From positions 224,001 to 288,000 of the forward strand of contig CAVSFC010000002.1 in the NCBI GenBank assembly GCA_963727255.1: a DNA stretch of 64,000 nt, read 5' to 3'. This stretch comes from an uncultured bacterium. GTDB lineage: Bacteria; Babelota; Babeliae; Babelales; Vermiphilaceae. The notes below the pieces were generated by a model that did no database searches, was not told where the DNA came from, and was given only the letters and a program-made list of their open reading frames with translations. Made by a program: the position numbers and the translations under genes. Positions within the stretch are counted from its first letter, which is position 1. Every line of letters begins with the position of its first letter. Below are positions 41,491 to 54,009 of the stretch, piece after piece.

Positions 41491-41988
41491 TTATGCAATT
41501 GGGAAGCAGTCTAAGTCCGAGCTACATACCCACGTTGTAAGACCACCACATACTAAACCGGCCGCTATCGAAAGAGCCATCCACGCACACTTGTGCTCAT
41601 GGATTGGCTCATCAGCATTCTCTTCTTCGCTCGCATGCCTTTTTATTGCTCTAACTTTTTCCATTGGAATAGCACGAGAGCATGTAGGGCATGTTTTGCT
41701 AATATTTACCCATCTCTGTAAACAATTGGAATGAAATTGATGGGTTTTATGACAGCCCAAACGAGCTACTGCTTTATTTTTTTTAGAAAGGTCATCCTCT
41801 TTATCCCAGCAAATGCCACACATCAAACTAGTATCTTCTTGCAGCTGATTAACTTCGACCTGTTCTATTGCTTGGACAACTTTTTTATTCCGCCTGCGTC
41901 TGCCCGCATAAGCATTAAACCCACTCATGCAAACTAAAATTGTTAAAAAAATAATGTGCGCTTTAAAAAATTTTTTTAGAAAAATCAT
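41491..41988 (-). CDS. RING-H2 finger protein (putative E3 ubiquitin ligase effector) with signal peptide and C-terminal TM
   Basis: CGIC...GCHKTHQFHSNCLQRW...CPTC. Confidence 0.85.
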   Translation of the reverse strand: MIFLKKFFKAHIIFLTILVCMSGFNAYAGRRRRNKKVVQAIEQVEVNQLQEDTSLMCGICWDKEDDLSKKNKAVARLGCHKTHQFHSNCLQRWVNISKTCPTCSRAIPMEKVRAIKRHASEEENADEPIHEHKCAWMALSIAAGLVCGGLTTWVCSSDLDCFPIA

Positions 41989-43843
41989 GTGCTTCTTCCC
42001 ATTCTTTCATAGCTTGTTGATGCTGCGCTTTTAAATCGATTAAAGATTTTTCAGCTTTTTTATATTCCTCAGTCCCATACATTAGGTTCGCAAATTTCAA
42101 TTCTTGCTCTCTAATTCTATATTCAAACTGCTCTATTCTTCTTTCTAAAGCTTTAATTTTTTTGTTGAGCTCATATTGATTTACCGCTGGCAGTTCTTTT
42201 TTGGACTCAGCCCGCACAATCGCTTTTATATCTTTATTCTGCTGAGCATCAAGCACATGCTTTTTGTAATAGAGATATTCATCATAATTGCCATCAAAGC
42301 TTATGATACCAGTTGGAGTAAGTTCGATGATGCGCGTGGCCAGATCATTTAAAAAAGCTCGATCGTGGGAAACGAAAAGTACCGTTCCTTCATAGGCGCG
42401 CAATGCATCGAGCAAAACCTTTTTTGAATCAAGATCAAGATGGTTGGTCGGCTCATCAAGCAAAAGCAAATTAGCTTTTTGCAGAAGCACCTTCACCATA
42501 CCGACCCGATTTTTTTCACCCCCGCTTAAAACCCCAATCTTTTTATCTACATCTTCACCGCTAAATAAGAATGCCCCCAAAAACGCTCGGACTGTTGCAG
42601 TGGTAATCCCAGGAGCGCAGCTGCCATCAATGTTGTCTAAAACTGATTTTTTGGCATCCAGGGCCGCATTTTGGTCTTGGTCAAAGAGTGCGCTGGTGAC
42701 ATTTGAACCGAACGTAACCGAACCGGTTTGCATAGGCAATTTACCACTAATGATATTAAAAAGTGTGGATTTACCGCCGCCATTGCTTGCAACGATCGCA
42801 ACCTTTTGGCCCCTTTCAATCTCAAAACTCACATTCTTAAAAATTGGTTTATCAGGAAATGAGAATCCAAGGCTTTCAACCTTTAAAACCATAGATCCGG
42901 ATCGAGCAGTGGGCGGAAAAGAAAACTTAATATTTTTAAGGGTCGGAGGCAAAACAATTCTTTCAACTTTCTCAAGCTGCTTAATCCAGCTTTGCGCCTG
43001 CTTGGCGCGAGATGCGCTCGCTCTGAACCGGGCAATATTCTCTTCTTTTTGCTTAATCTCTTTTTGCTGCAAAACATAGGCCGCTTCAAGCAATGCTCGA
43101 TTATGCTCTTTTTGCACCTCATAGGCACTAAAATTACCTTGATAAAAGGTGCCTTCGCCCATCTCCAGTTCAAAAATTTGTTTGCATAAATGATCAAGAA
43201 AATACCGCTCGTGGCATACGAGCATAAAGCCAAATGGCGCTGCTTTTAAAAAATCTAAAAACCAATCCTTTGCAAAAATATCTAAGTGGTTGGTCGGTTC
43301 ATCAAAAAGATAGAAATCTGCATTTTGCAACAATAATTTTGCCAGCACAATGCGCATGCGCCAACCGATACTCAATGAAGCAATCGGCTTATCAAAATCG
43401 GCTTCCTTAAACCCAAGGCCTAAAAGCATCTTTTTTGTTTTGGCGGCCAGCGCTTCGGGATTAGCCTCTTTAAGCTCGTCATGAAGATGGGCATACCGTT
43501 CTAAATCGACCTCTTGCCCATCGCTCATCTGCTGCTCAAGAAGATCAAGCTCATTTTTAAGCATCATAAGAGTAGCAAAGGCAGTCATGGTCTCTTCAAG
43601 AATGTTTAATTGCGAGGCAAGGACAACATCCTGCGCCAAATACGCAATTTTCTTATTTTTGCTGATGGTGATTGTGCCACTATCAAGCTGCTGCAAGCCC
43701 ACAATTGCTTCTAAAAGCGTAGATTTGCCTGAGCCATTTTTGCCGATGAGGCCAATTCTTTGATCTTCATTAATATCAAAAGAGATCTGGTCAAATAAAA
43801 CGCGTGAGCCGAAGGATAGGGTGATTGATTGAGCTTGTATCAT
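41963..43843 (-). CDS. ABC-F family ATPase
   Basis: Two ABC domains (GKNGSGKS...DEPTNHLD; ASNGGGKS...LSGGE...DEPTNHLD), no TM, C-terminal coiled coil. Confidence 0.93.
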   Translation of the reverse strand: MIQAQSITLSFGSRVLFDQISFDINEDQRIGLIGKNGSGKSTLLEAIVGLQQLDSGTITISKNKKIAYLAQDVVLASQLNILEETMTAFATLMMLKNELDLLEQQMSDGQEVDLERYAHLHDELKEANPEALAAKTKKMLLGLGFKEADFDKPIASLSIGWRMRIVLAKLLLQNADFYLFDEPTNHLDIFAKDWFLDFLKAAPFGFMLVCHERYFLDHLCKQIFELEMGEGTFYQGNFSAYEVQKEHNRALLEAAYVLQQKEIKQKEENIARFRASASRAKQAQSWIKQLEKVERIVLPPTLKNIKFSFPPTARSGSMVLKVESLGFSFPDKPIFKNVSFEIERGQKVAIVASNGGGKSTLFNIISGKLPMQTGSVTFGSNVTSALFDQDQNAALDAKKSVLDNIDGSCAPGITTATVRAFLGAFLFSGEDVDKKIGVLSGGEKNRVGMVKVLLQKANLLLLDEPTNHLDLDSKKVLLDALRAYEGTVLFVSHDRAFLNDLATRIIELTPTGIISFDGNYDEYLYYKKHVLDAQQNKDIKAIVRAESKKELPAVNQYELNKKIKALERRIEQFEYRIREQELKFANLMYGTEEYKKAEKSLIDLKAQHQQAMKEWEEAHDFSKKIF

Positions 43844-43975
43844 AGTATTAATAATTGTATGCGAATCTTGATTTTAGCGCAAATAAAGCTCCAGTATCAG
43901 GCAATCTTGATATTTGGTCATATTCCTCTTACAATATCCCCGTTAGTCTAAATCACTCAATTCTCAGGAAAAAGT

Positions 43976-44659
43976 ATGCGATTAAATTCACGGTTTTTCA
44001 TGGTCCTGGCACTATTTAATGGCATAATCATCTCAATGGAAAAAGCAGAAACTAATGCTCTGAGCATTGTAAAAGAGGTAGAAAGTGAAAACCAGCTAGA
44101 GAAGGACGCGGCTCTCGCTCGGCGACTCCTGGAAGTTGAAAACGAGCATTCCTCTGAAGAAGAATTAATTCTTAGCGAACCTTCATCATCTGCTTATAAA
44201 GAAATCAAATTTTTAGAAGACACGCAAAGAACTTCTCTCAATAAAACCATGAATGCTCTTAAACGAAAATTTGATAACTCTTTCAATGCCATGAGCACAG
44301 TAATAGCCGTGCAACATAACCAAAATTATAAACCTGAACCATATATAATTAAAAATACTTTAAAAGATTCTTTGGAAATAGCTCAGAGCGCCTTTGATAG
44401 AGCAAGCCAAGATTATGAGAAACATCTATTACTTATAAAAGAATCGGAACAGCACCTCGGTTGCGATGATACCGCGAATTTGGCGGAACCCCTCATTAAT
44501 GATCTTTATGAAATATATTTAGATAAAATTCATGCAGAAGTAGAATCATTTTTCGCACTGGCAGCCACTAAATATGTTAAATGGTATACCGAATCGAGAT
44601 TATGGGACAAGCGTGCAAAAAAAGCGAAAACATATGGCAAAGACCCTAAAAATTCTTAA
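43976..44659 (+). CDS. Hypothetical secreted helical protein with MIU-like motif
   Basis: Signal peptide IIS|MEK; QLEKDAALARRLLEVE. Confidence 0.65.
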   Translation: MRLNSRFFMVLALFNGIIISMEKAETNALSIVKEVESENQLEKDAALARRLLEVENEHSSEEELILSEPSSSAYKEIKFLEDTQRTSLNKTMNALKRKFDNSFNAMSTVIAVQHNQNYKPEPYIIKNTLKDSLEIAQSAFDRASQDYEKHLLLIKESEQHLGCDDTANLAEPLINDLYEIYLDKIHAEVESFFALAATKYVKWYTESRLWDKRAKKAKTYGKDPKNS

Positions 44660-45323
44660 GCGATCCATCAACCATTTCATAAACCGTTTCCATGCGTTCG
44701 GTTACAAACGTATCATGGGAAGAAATAATGAGCCCCATGCCCCATTCCTTTTGCGCTTGCGTGATCAGATCTAAAATGCGTTGAGCTGTTTGCGGATCAA
44801 GATTGCCCGTCGGTTCATCGGCCAATAAGAATTGCGGCCTATTTTTTAATGCTCTAGCTAATGCTACTCGCTGCTGTTGGCCGCCTGAAAGCTGCCCCGG
44901 ATATGCATTCGCTTTTGATTCTAAACCCACATTTCTGAGTAATTCTCTGCCCTCACGCGCAGATGCCTTGGCTTCTTGCCCGGCAATGAGCCCTTTGATC
45001 ATAACGTTTTCAAGAACCGTCAGCTCTTTTATGAGATAGGGGTATTGGAACACGAGGCCGATGGTCTTATTAAGAAAAATGCTCTTTTTAGCTTCAGATA
45101 AAGCATTAATATCTTCAGTCCCATAGATCACCGTTCCTTTGGTAGGAGCATCAAGGCCTGCCAGAAGATGAATGAGCGTTGATTTGCCACTTCCAGAGAC
45201 CCCGGTAATTGCATAGGATTTTCCTTGCTCAAAAGTAGCTGAAACTCCTTTTAAAACCGGAACAATCATATCACCTTGGCAATAGCTTTTATACACATCG
45301 GACAGTATAAGTTTTTTTTCCAT
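44646..45323 (-). CDS. lolD: ABC transporter ATP-binding protein, LolD-like
   Basis: [34 protein letters not shown]. Confidence 0.75.
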   Translation of the reverse strand: MEKKLILSDVYKSYCQGDMIVPVLKGVSATFEQGKSYAITGVSGSGKSTLIHLLAGLDAPTKGTVIYGTEDINALSEAKKSIFLNKTIGLVFQYPYLIKELTVLENVMIKGLIAGQEAKASAREGRELLRNVGLESKANAYPGQLSGGQQQRVALARALKNRPQFLLADEPTGNLDPQTAQRILDLITQAQKEWGMGLIISSHDTFVTERMETVYEMVDGSLKNF

Positions 45324-45504
45324 ATGAATTTTTTCCCTTCTCTTACTATTTAACACAAAACAACGCTGTTTTCAAAAAGAAGATTCGCTCATTTTATGCA
45401 TAAATATTGTCTTTGTCGAAAACGTGGGCCTACAATGGAGTGTAGGGTAATGAATCGGAGAAGGTGATCACACCGGGGCGATAGAATTGATTGAGGGGGA
45501 GTGA

Positions 45505-47864
45505 ATGAAGACGGTATTGAACAAAGACATGCATGAACAAATTCCAGAAATGCTCCCAGTAATTCCGACAATGGATGTTGTTGTGTTTCCACATATGATT
45601 GTGCCGTTATTGGTACTTGATGAAAAGATCATCAAGGGCATAAATCAATCACTACAAGAAGCCAAATTGGTCTTACTGCTTGCGGCAAAAAAACAGATTG
45701 ATAGCGATGAAGGAATCGCTACCAAAGATCTTTATAATATTGGGACGGTCGCATCAATTATGCGTCTTATAAAAATTCCTGAAGGCGGAATTAAAATTCT
45801 GGTGCAAGGGATTTGCAAAGCTGAAGCACAGCGATATTATGGCATCAGAAGATAGTCTTGCAAGCATACTATTTGCAAACTTGATAGCAATTCATCTCGA
45901 TAATAAAGATGAAATTCAAGCTCATGTTAAAAATATTAAAACTTTTAGCAGAAAAAATGGCAATTGCAGGCAATGCATTTAGCCCTGATTTCCATATTAT
46001 TCTTTCCAAAATGCAAGATCCGGAAAAAATTGCCGATTTTATTTTATCTCATTTAAATCTTGGCGTTGAACAAGCGCAAGGCATTACTTAGAAACCAGAG
46101 ATCAAGCAGAATCTGCTTGAGCGCACTCTATCGCTATCTTGCCAAAGAAATGGAAGTTGCGGAAATGCAAGAAAAAATCCGCAATAATGCGCGCGATTCA
46201 ATGAATAAAGCACAAAAAGAGTTTTATTTGCGCGAGCAAATGCGCGCAATTAAAAAAGAACTTGGTGAAGATGATCTTGAAGAAATTGAAGCAATGCGTG
46301 AAAAGCTTGAAAGCATTAGAAGCTCCTGAAGAAGTTAAAGTTGAAGTGCGCCGTCATATTAATCGGCTTGAAAAAACATCGCCCGATTCGATGGAAGCAA
46401 CCGTAACGCGCAATTATCTTGAATGGATCTTTGCATTACCATGGCAAACATTTACGCACTGATAATCTTGATATTGATCATGCCAAAAAAGTTCTTGATG
46501 AAGATCATTATGGATTAAAAGAAATTAAAGATCGTATTTTGATTTTATTTCAATACGCAAACTAAAAACGATGGCTATGCACCAATTTTATGTTTTGTAG
46601 GGCCTCCGGGAACCGGCAAAACATCATTGGGGCAATCAATTGCACGCGCACTTGGGCAGAAGCTATTTCCGAATCTCGTTGGGCGGCGTGAAAGATGAAG
46701 CAGAAATTCGTGGCCATCGCCGAACCTATGTGGGCGCAATGCCGGGCCGATTTATTCAAGCAATCAAAAAATCGGGCACCTGAATCCGGTTATTGTGATT
46801 GATGAGCTTGATAAAATTGGCTCAGATTTTAGAGGCGATCCATCAGCAGCAATGCTTGAAGTGCTTGATCCGCAACAAAATAAAACATTTTATGATAATT
46901 ATCTAGGGTTCCTTTTGATCTTTCACAAGTAATGTTTATTGCACGGCAAATTCACTTGATACTATTTCCGAGCCATTGCGAGATCGTATGGAAATCATTG
47001 AAGTTTCTGGCTATACCCATGAAGAAAAACTGAACATTGCAAAAATGCATTTGGTACAAAAGAGCAATTGCGGATACCGGGCTTACAAATCATAATTTAC
47101 TAATTCCTGATGATATTATTACTGATATTATCATTAATTACACCCGAGAATCAGGAGTGCGCCAATTAGAACGAATTATTCGAAAGCTCTGCTCAAAAGC
47201 AGCACGTAACTTTTGTAGAAGCAAATCAGATTATTACATTCGATCAAGAAAATCTTCATACCTATCTTGGACCGCGCAAATTCCTGGAAGATGATATGTG
47301 CAAAGAAGATCAAATTGGTATAACCAATGGTCTTGCATGGACTCCGTATGGCGGCGAAATGATCAAAATTGAAGCAGTACTTATGCCGGGCAAAGGCAAA
47401 TTAATTCTCACCGGACAATTAGGCGACGTGATGAAAGAATCTGCGCAAGCAGCATTAAGTTATGCACAAGCACATGCAGAAGAATTTAAAATTGATCAGA
47501 AATGTTCACCAATTATGATCTGCATATTCATGTGCCGGCAGGGGCAGTTCCAAAAGATGGGCCTTCGGCAGGTATCACGATGCTTACTGCAATTCTTTCC
47601 GTGCTCACGCAACGGCCAATCAATGCACAATATGCCATGACGGGTGAACTGAATTTACGTGGTGAAGTGATGCCAATTGGCGGCGTAAAAGAAAAAATAC
47701 TTGCAGCAAAACGCAACCAAGTTGATCATGTTATTTTACCGTATAAAAATCGGCATGATCTGGCAGGAATTGAAGATATGTTTGAGGGAATTAATGTAAT
47801 TTTGGTGCATCATGCTGATGAAGTACTTGAACATGTATTAATGCCCGCAACACAGAAAATATAA
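45505..47864 (+). CDS. lon: Lon protease; indel-disrupted
   Basis: N-domain [61 protein letters not shown] across several frames. Confidence 0.9.
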
Positions 47865-47868
47865 ATAC

Positions 47869-47913
47869 TAAAACAAAGAGAGGGCAGCAGATCGCTGTCC
47901 TCTCTTTGTTTTA
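47869..47913. terminator. Long hairpin, intrinsic (possibly bidirectional) terminator after lon
   Basis: TAAAACAAAGAGAGGGCAGC-AGATC-GCTGTCCTCTCTTTGTTTTA. Confidence 0.8.
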
Positions 47914-48019
47914 AACGTTTCAATGCTCCAGAGGTATACCTATTTAACCCAAAAAAATGTTAGCTTTTCTATGACCAAATTATAATTGGCTGGAAACCTT
48001 AAAAATAAGGGGCATAACA

Positions 48020-48472
48020 GTGAGACTGAATATATTATTTACTATGGCAATAGCCACTCCATTAACATTTGCAATGGAAGAAAAAAAACTTGATCTCATT
48101 CAGCAGTATCATAATTTTGCATTTGCACACATGAATCCGACAACGCAACTATTTCTGAAAGCGCTTCCCAATGACCCAAAATCAAAAATCATTAATCGAT
48201 ACTTGACCCAACTTTCCTTTACCGCTCTGCTCTATAAACAAATGTATGCATGTTCGAACGCAGAAGTAGGCGAAATTCCTCAGGAGGTACGCACTGCCTA
48301 TCGAGTAATGCCCAACACTAATTTTCTGTATCATCGAATTATTGAGAATAGAATTTATAATGAAATAGAGTTGCTTTATCCTGAGGATTTTAATCCGATG
48401 CAAGCATGGAAAAATCGCCTAGAACAGATTGAAGAACAGATAGCCAAGCAGTTAGAAGAAGAGCAGGTGTAA
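48020..48472 (+). CDS. Hypothetical secreted protein
   Basis: GTG start, signal peptide TFA|MEE. Confidence 0.65.
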   Translation: MRLNILFTMAIATPLTFAMEEKKLDLIQQYHNFAFAHMNPTTQLFLKALPNDPKSKIINRYLTQLSFTALLYKQMYACSNAEVGEIPQEVRTAYRVMPNTNFLYHRIIENRIYNEIELLYPEDFNPMQAWKNRLEQIEEQIAKQLEEEQV

Positions 48473-48530
48473 GCACTTTCTTTACAAACTGCCCCAGTTA
48501 CATTAGCTTTGATGGAGAATCCGAACACTA

Positions 48531-48617
48531 TCCGTTCGTCTCGAGCGAGCGGAGCGAGTCGAGAGATGCTTATTCGACTTCTCGATTCGGCCTTTGGCTC
48601 ACTCGAAGCGAACGGGA
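48531..48617. repeat. Palindromic element upstream of atpD
   Basis: TCCGTTCGTCTCGAG...GAGTCGAGAG...TCTCGATTC...CTCGAAGCGAACGGGA. Confidence 0.7.
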
Positions 48618-48635
48618 TATTTTTTGATAGGTTAA

Positions 48636-50080
<1,445 letters not shown>

Positions 50081-50108
50081 TATGCAACTGATAATGGTAT
50101 TTAGCCGA

Positions 50109-50190
50109 CTCGCACCCTTCGACGAGCTCAGGGCGAGCGGCAATAAAGCACAGTAATCCGCTCGTGGTGAGCATGTCGAACCATTCGAGC
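50109..50190. repeat. Palindromic element between atpD and atpC, flanked by a 19-bp direct repeat
   Basis: CCCTTCGACGAGCTCAGGGCGAGCGG...CCGCTCGTGGTGAGCATGTCGAACC; ATGCAACTGATAATGGTAT at 50082 and 50210. Confidence 0.85.
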
Positions 50191-50209
50191 AAAGCATCGG
50201 ATAAATTTA

Positions 50210-50449
50210 ATGCAACTGATAATGGTATGGCCAGATAAAAAAGTAACTGCTGAAATTGCGTGGCTGGAGCTTAATACGCCGACCGGCAATTATGTTATTC
50301 AACCGGGGCATGCTCCTATGATTCTGGCACTCTCGCCGCGCAAGCAACTTATTTATGCGCTTAAAAGTGGCAAAGAGGAGGTTATAATGGTAGAACGCGG
50401 TATCGCAGAAATTACCAGAACAAATATCACTCTTTTGCTTTCAGCATGA
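50210..50449 (+). CDS. atpC: F1 ATP synthase epsilon subunit, N-terminal domain only
   Basis: TPTGNYVIQPGHAPMI, VERGIAEI; follows atpD. Confidence 0.8.
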   Translation: MQLIMVWPDKKVTAEIAWLELNTPTGNYVIQPGHAPMILALSPRKQLIYALKSGKEEVIMVERGIAEITRTNITLLLSA

Positions 50450-50456
50450 AATAATA

Positions 50457-50692
50457 CTCATTCTTTTTCAAACATTAACCCAGTTTTCAATGTTAATAAG
50501 ATAATTTAACATTTTTTTCATCTTCTTTAAAGCTAGATAAGCATAATAGAAGCTATCTTTTTGCGATTCGGCAGCAACCGTTACTGTTGTTTTAAGAGGT
50601 AAAAAAATCCATCAATGTAGGTGTATCTTCTGCAACGAATAGGCGAAATTTATGAGCATACTTAGAACTATAATTTGATATGTAAAATGCAT
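50457..50692 (-). pseudogene. Possible frameshifted small secreted protein
   Basis: MHFTYQIIVLSMLINFAYS... signal-like start; plausible continuation only through frame changes. Confidence 0.25.
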
Positions 50693-50819
50693 AAAAAGCT
50701 TCCAAAAAAGAATAAACACTTTATCTTTTAAGCAAATTTTGGCGATACTATTATGCAACTGGTTGCAGAATTGCTACTATTGCAATAGCAGTATGAGTGT
50801 TTTTTATAGGGGGAAAATC

Positions 50820-51314
50820 ATGCAAAAATATTTATTTATTATCATATTTTTAATCATAGCAAACAAACATGCATTGGCGGATGCCATGGAACATACTTGC
50901 CCGCAATCAACTCAACAAATTAATAGTCTGTATTATTTTTTTAATGGCCTTAAAAATAGAGCCGATTATGTTTTTGAAAATCCTTTTCCAAATACGCCAC
51001 TATCAGTGAAAGAAGGAAAAACATTTGGAATCAAGTTACCATTCTCAATTCTCCAGAACTTTCCAAGAACTGATTCATGGAGAGTGGATTTAATCGCCAA
51101 TGTAAAAAGCGAAAACCTAAAAGAACAATTGAAAATCGGACTCCTATACTCTGAATTTATTCAGGATAGTGATAATATTTCATTAGATGGAGTTAAAGGA
51201 ACCTCAACGTTTGTTTTTCTGGCAATACAAAAAGGATTAGCTTTTGCTACATTTAAAAATAAAATCAATGGCCAAGAAGAAACTAAGAAGATCCTAATAG
51301 AAGTAGTTGAATAA
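50820..51314 (+). CDS. Hypothetical secreted protein
   Basis: AGGGGG RBS, signal peptide ADA|MEH. Confidence 0.65.
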   Translation: MQKYLFIIIFLIIANKHALADAMEHTCPQSTQQINSLYYFFNGLKNRADYVFENPFPNTPLSVKEGKTFGIKLPFSILQNFPRTDSWRVDLIANVKSENLKEQLKIGLLYSEFIQDSDNISLDGVKGTSTFVFLAIQKGLAFATFKNKINGQEETKKILIEVVE

Positions 51315-51397
51315 AAGCTTCTCAAAAATTATTTGTTTTGATTCGTCTGATTTTCTTTTATTTCTTTTCGGCATTCTTGTACAAATTTTTCAAAGAG

Positions 51398-51589
51398 TTA
51401 ATCTAAAGTATTACTGCTCTTAGCGTCAAGAACGCGATAATGCCCACCCGACAAAAGGGTCATAAGTGCTTTGAACCTTGTATGAGCAAGAAAGCAATCA
51501 TTTTTGGACTGAGGATTTTGAGTTGCTGCTTGTGAACTTATACTTGCCAAGAGCATTACAGTTAACATAAAATTTTGTGCATTCTTCAT
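51398..51589 (-). CDS. Small secreted protein, possibly truncated by an indel
   Basis: Signal peptide ending SQA. Confidence 0.4.
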   Translation of the reverse strand: MKNAQNFMLTVMLLASISSQAATQNPQSKNDCFLAHTRFKALMTLLSGGHYRVLDAKSSNTLD

Positions 51590-51698
51590 AGCGGCCCAAT
51601 TAGAATTGTATAATTGAATGATGTATACTATTTTGATTCATTATTTTAAGACAAAAGCTTGAATAAGTAAAGATCAAAACATAAAGAAAAACTTTAAA

Positions 51699-53310
51699 AT
51701 GAAAAAAAAGATTGGCCATATTTTATCAGGATCGCTCGAGCAGGGATTGCTTATGCGAATCAACTCCGAAATAAATCCCGAAAGCATAAAAACGGGCAAA
51801 TTTGTTTCTATCGTTGGAGCCGATCATAAATATTTTTCATTGATTACTGATTTGAGCTTGGCGATTTCCCATCCGGATATTCTCTTATTTCCTCCTGCTG
51901 AAAATGAAGAGCTTTTACTTTCTTTTTTAAAACAAAAAGATATGTATGCGACCGCCAATTTAAAGCCAATGCTGATGCTCGGCGCCGATGCGCGGCCAAT
52001 GCCAGTAAAAACAATTCCGCCCCATTTTTCTACCGTGTTTGAGGTTGATAATAAAGATGTTGCTCTTATTTTTGGAAATGAAGATCATCCCGATAAACGG
52101 TATTTTAATATCGGCTGCCCGCTTGATATGACAACTCCGGTGTGCCTTGATCTTGAACGGTTAACTGAGCGGAGCAATGGTATTTTTGGCAAAACAGGCA
52201 CTGGAAAAACATTTATTACCCGTTTAGTATTAGCCGGTTTAATTAAACATGAAAAAGCGGTCAATTTGATTTTTGATATGCACAGTGAATATGGATTGCA
52301 AGCGCGCAAAGAAGGGGGATCTCTTTCATTTGTAAAAGGATTAAAAACCTTATTTCCAAGCAAAGTGGCTATCTTCTCATTAGATCCTGAATCCACGCGC
52401 CGGCGTTCTGGCATGCCAGATGTTGAGGTTACTCTCTCCTATCAATCGGTGAGTGTGGAAGATATTCTTTCATTGGGTGACGAGCTCGGGTTGCATGCAA
52501 CCGCGCTTGAGGCCGCATATCTTATTGCTGCAAAATATAAGCATGATTGGCTGCAGGTATTGTTATCGCAAGGAGATAGTCTTAAAGAATTTGCGCAGCA
52601 GCTTGGTGGCCACCCTGAATCTATTGCAGCATTGTATCGCAAATTAAAGCGAATTGAACGATTGCCATTCTTCAAACCCGGCGCCCCAGGAGCCTATAAA
52701 GATCATTCAGTTATTGATCAAATGATGGAATATATTAGATCACGGAATCAGCGTGATCGTAGAGTTTGGCAATCATACTTCAACATTTTGTTACCTGCTG
52801 ATTGCGAATATTATCACGCGCAGAATTCACCAAGAATATATGAGTAAAACTGAAAAATTTCTTGGCTCCCAAAAAAAGGAAGATGAACCAAAAAAATTAA
52901 TGATCACCATTGAAGAGGCGCACAAATTTTTAAATCCTTCCGCCGCACGCCAAACTATTTTTGGCATCATTGCACGCGAAATGAGAAAATATTATGTTTC
53001 GCTCCTGGTAGTAGATCAGCGCCCATCAGGCATTGATGAAGAGATCATCTCGCAAATTGGGACTAAAATTGTCGCCCAGCTCAATGATGAGAAAGATATC
53101 CAAGCAGTCCTTACTGGCGTAAGCGGCGCAAGCAACTTACGCGCAATTCTTGCTTCTCTTGATAGCAAAAAGCAAGCACTCTTGCTTGGCCACGCGCTCA
53201 CCATGCCCATCGTAATACAAACACGCGAATATGATGAACAATTTTATCGCGCGATGGATACTCAAGTGAGTTCCAAGCAAATTGATCAATTTGTGCAGGA
53301 ATTGTTCTAA
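51699..53310 (+). CDS. herA: HerA/DUF87-family ATPase (HAS-barrel + RecA-like ATPase); one extra base near 52735
   Basis: GIFGKTGTGKT, IFDMHSEYG, IEEAHKFL, IAREMRKY...VVDQRPSGID. Confidence 0.8.
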
Positions 53311-53411
53311 ATAAAGGTCTTTTGCTCTCTGCTTGACACGTGACCCAGAGCATATAAACTTGGGGTCAACAAGCATCAAAATCCATACCCTTTTCCTCCT
53401 GGAGGTAAGCT

Positions 53412-53939
53412 ATGAATAACATTCTTAAATCAGGGCTATTTTTAGCTCTTTTTACCATCACTTTTTCCACATTTGGTCAGCAAACCATTAAAGAGAAGCA
53501 TCTTGCAAGCTATGTTATGGATTGCGTCGATTATTGGTTCTATCCGAATCATACCCATCCCCAGATGGACGGATTGGCACAATCGATCGTCTCAGAAATC
53601 TTGCATTCGCAAAATTATGAATATGAATGGAATTGGAGCGCCCTGATTTATGAAGCTGTCTACCCGCTCGATTATGTGGGGCAGATTATGCGCGGAGCAA
53701 TTATCCAACATGTGAGTGAACACAGTTATCATTATGCGCGTGAAATCACGTCGCGCGAAAATGCGCGCCGCATAGCCGATTATATTTATAACTATCTCTT
53801 CAATTACTGTTCACAAAATCCAATCCTGCCCCAAGGAATCTTTGCCGGTTGCGTCGCTGATAATTTAAGAAATTGGGTGATCCAAATTTATAATCAATCA
53901 ACCTTACAGTATGCTCCAGAACGCCCTTGTTGTTGGTAA
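53412..53939 (+). CDS. Hypothetical secreted protein
   Basis: GGAGG RBS, signal peptide. Confidence 0.65.
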   Translation: MNNILKSGLFLALFTITFSTFGQQTIKEKHLASYVMDCVDYWFYPNHTHPQMDGLAQSIVSEILHSQNYEYEWNWSALIYEAVYPLDYVGQIMRGAIIQHVSEHSYHYAREITSRENARRIADYIYNYLFNYCSQNPILPQGIFAGCVADNLRNWVIQIYNQSTLQYAPERPCCW

Positions 53940-54009
53940 AAAATAAACCTCAACAAGCCCACTTTAAATCTATCGCTTAAAAAATTAATTTTGAATATTA
54001 GGTAATTTT

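Noticed and set aside
42444..43079. 211-aa plus-strand ORF
   Set aside because: Antisense shadow of the ABC-F gene
45505..47864. Programmed frameshifting or alternative genetic code in lon, ddl, comM and atpD
   Set aside because: Many irregular +1/-1 shifts without consistent slippery sites; other genes read normally in code 11
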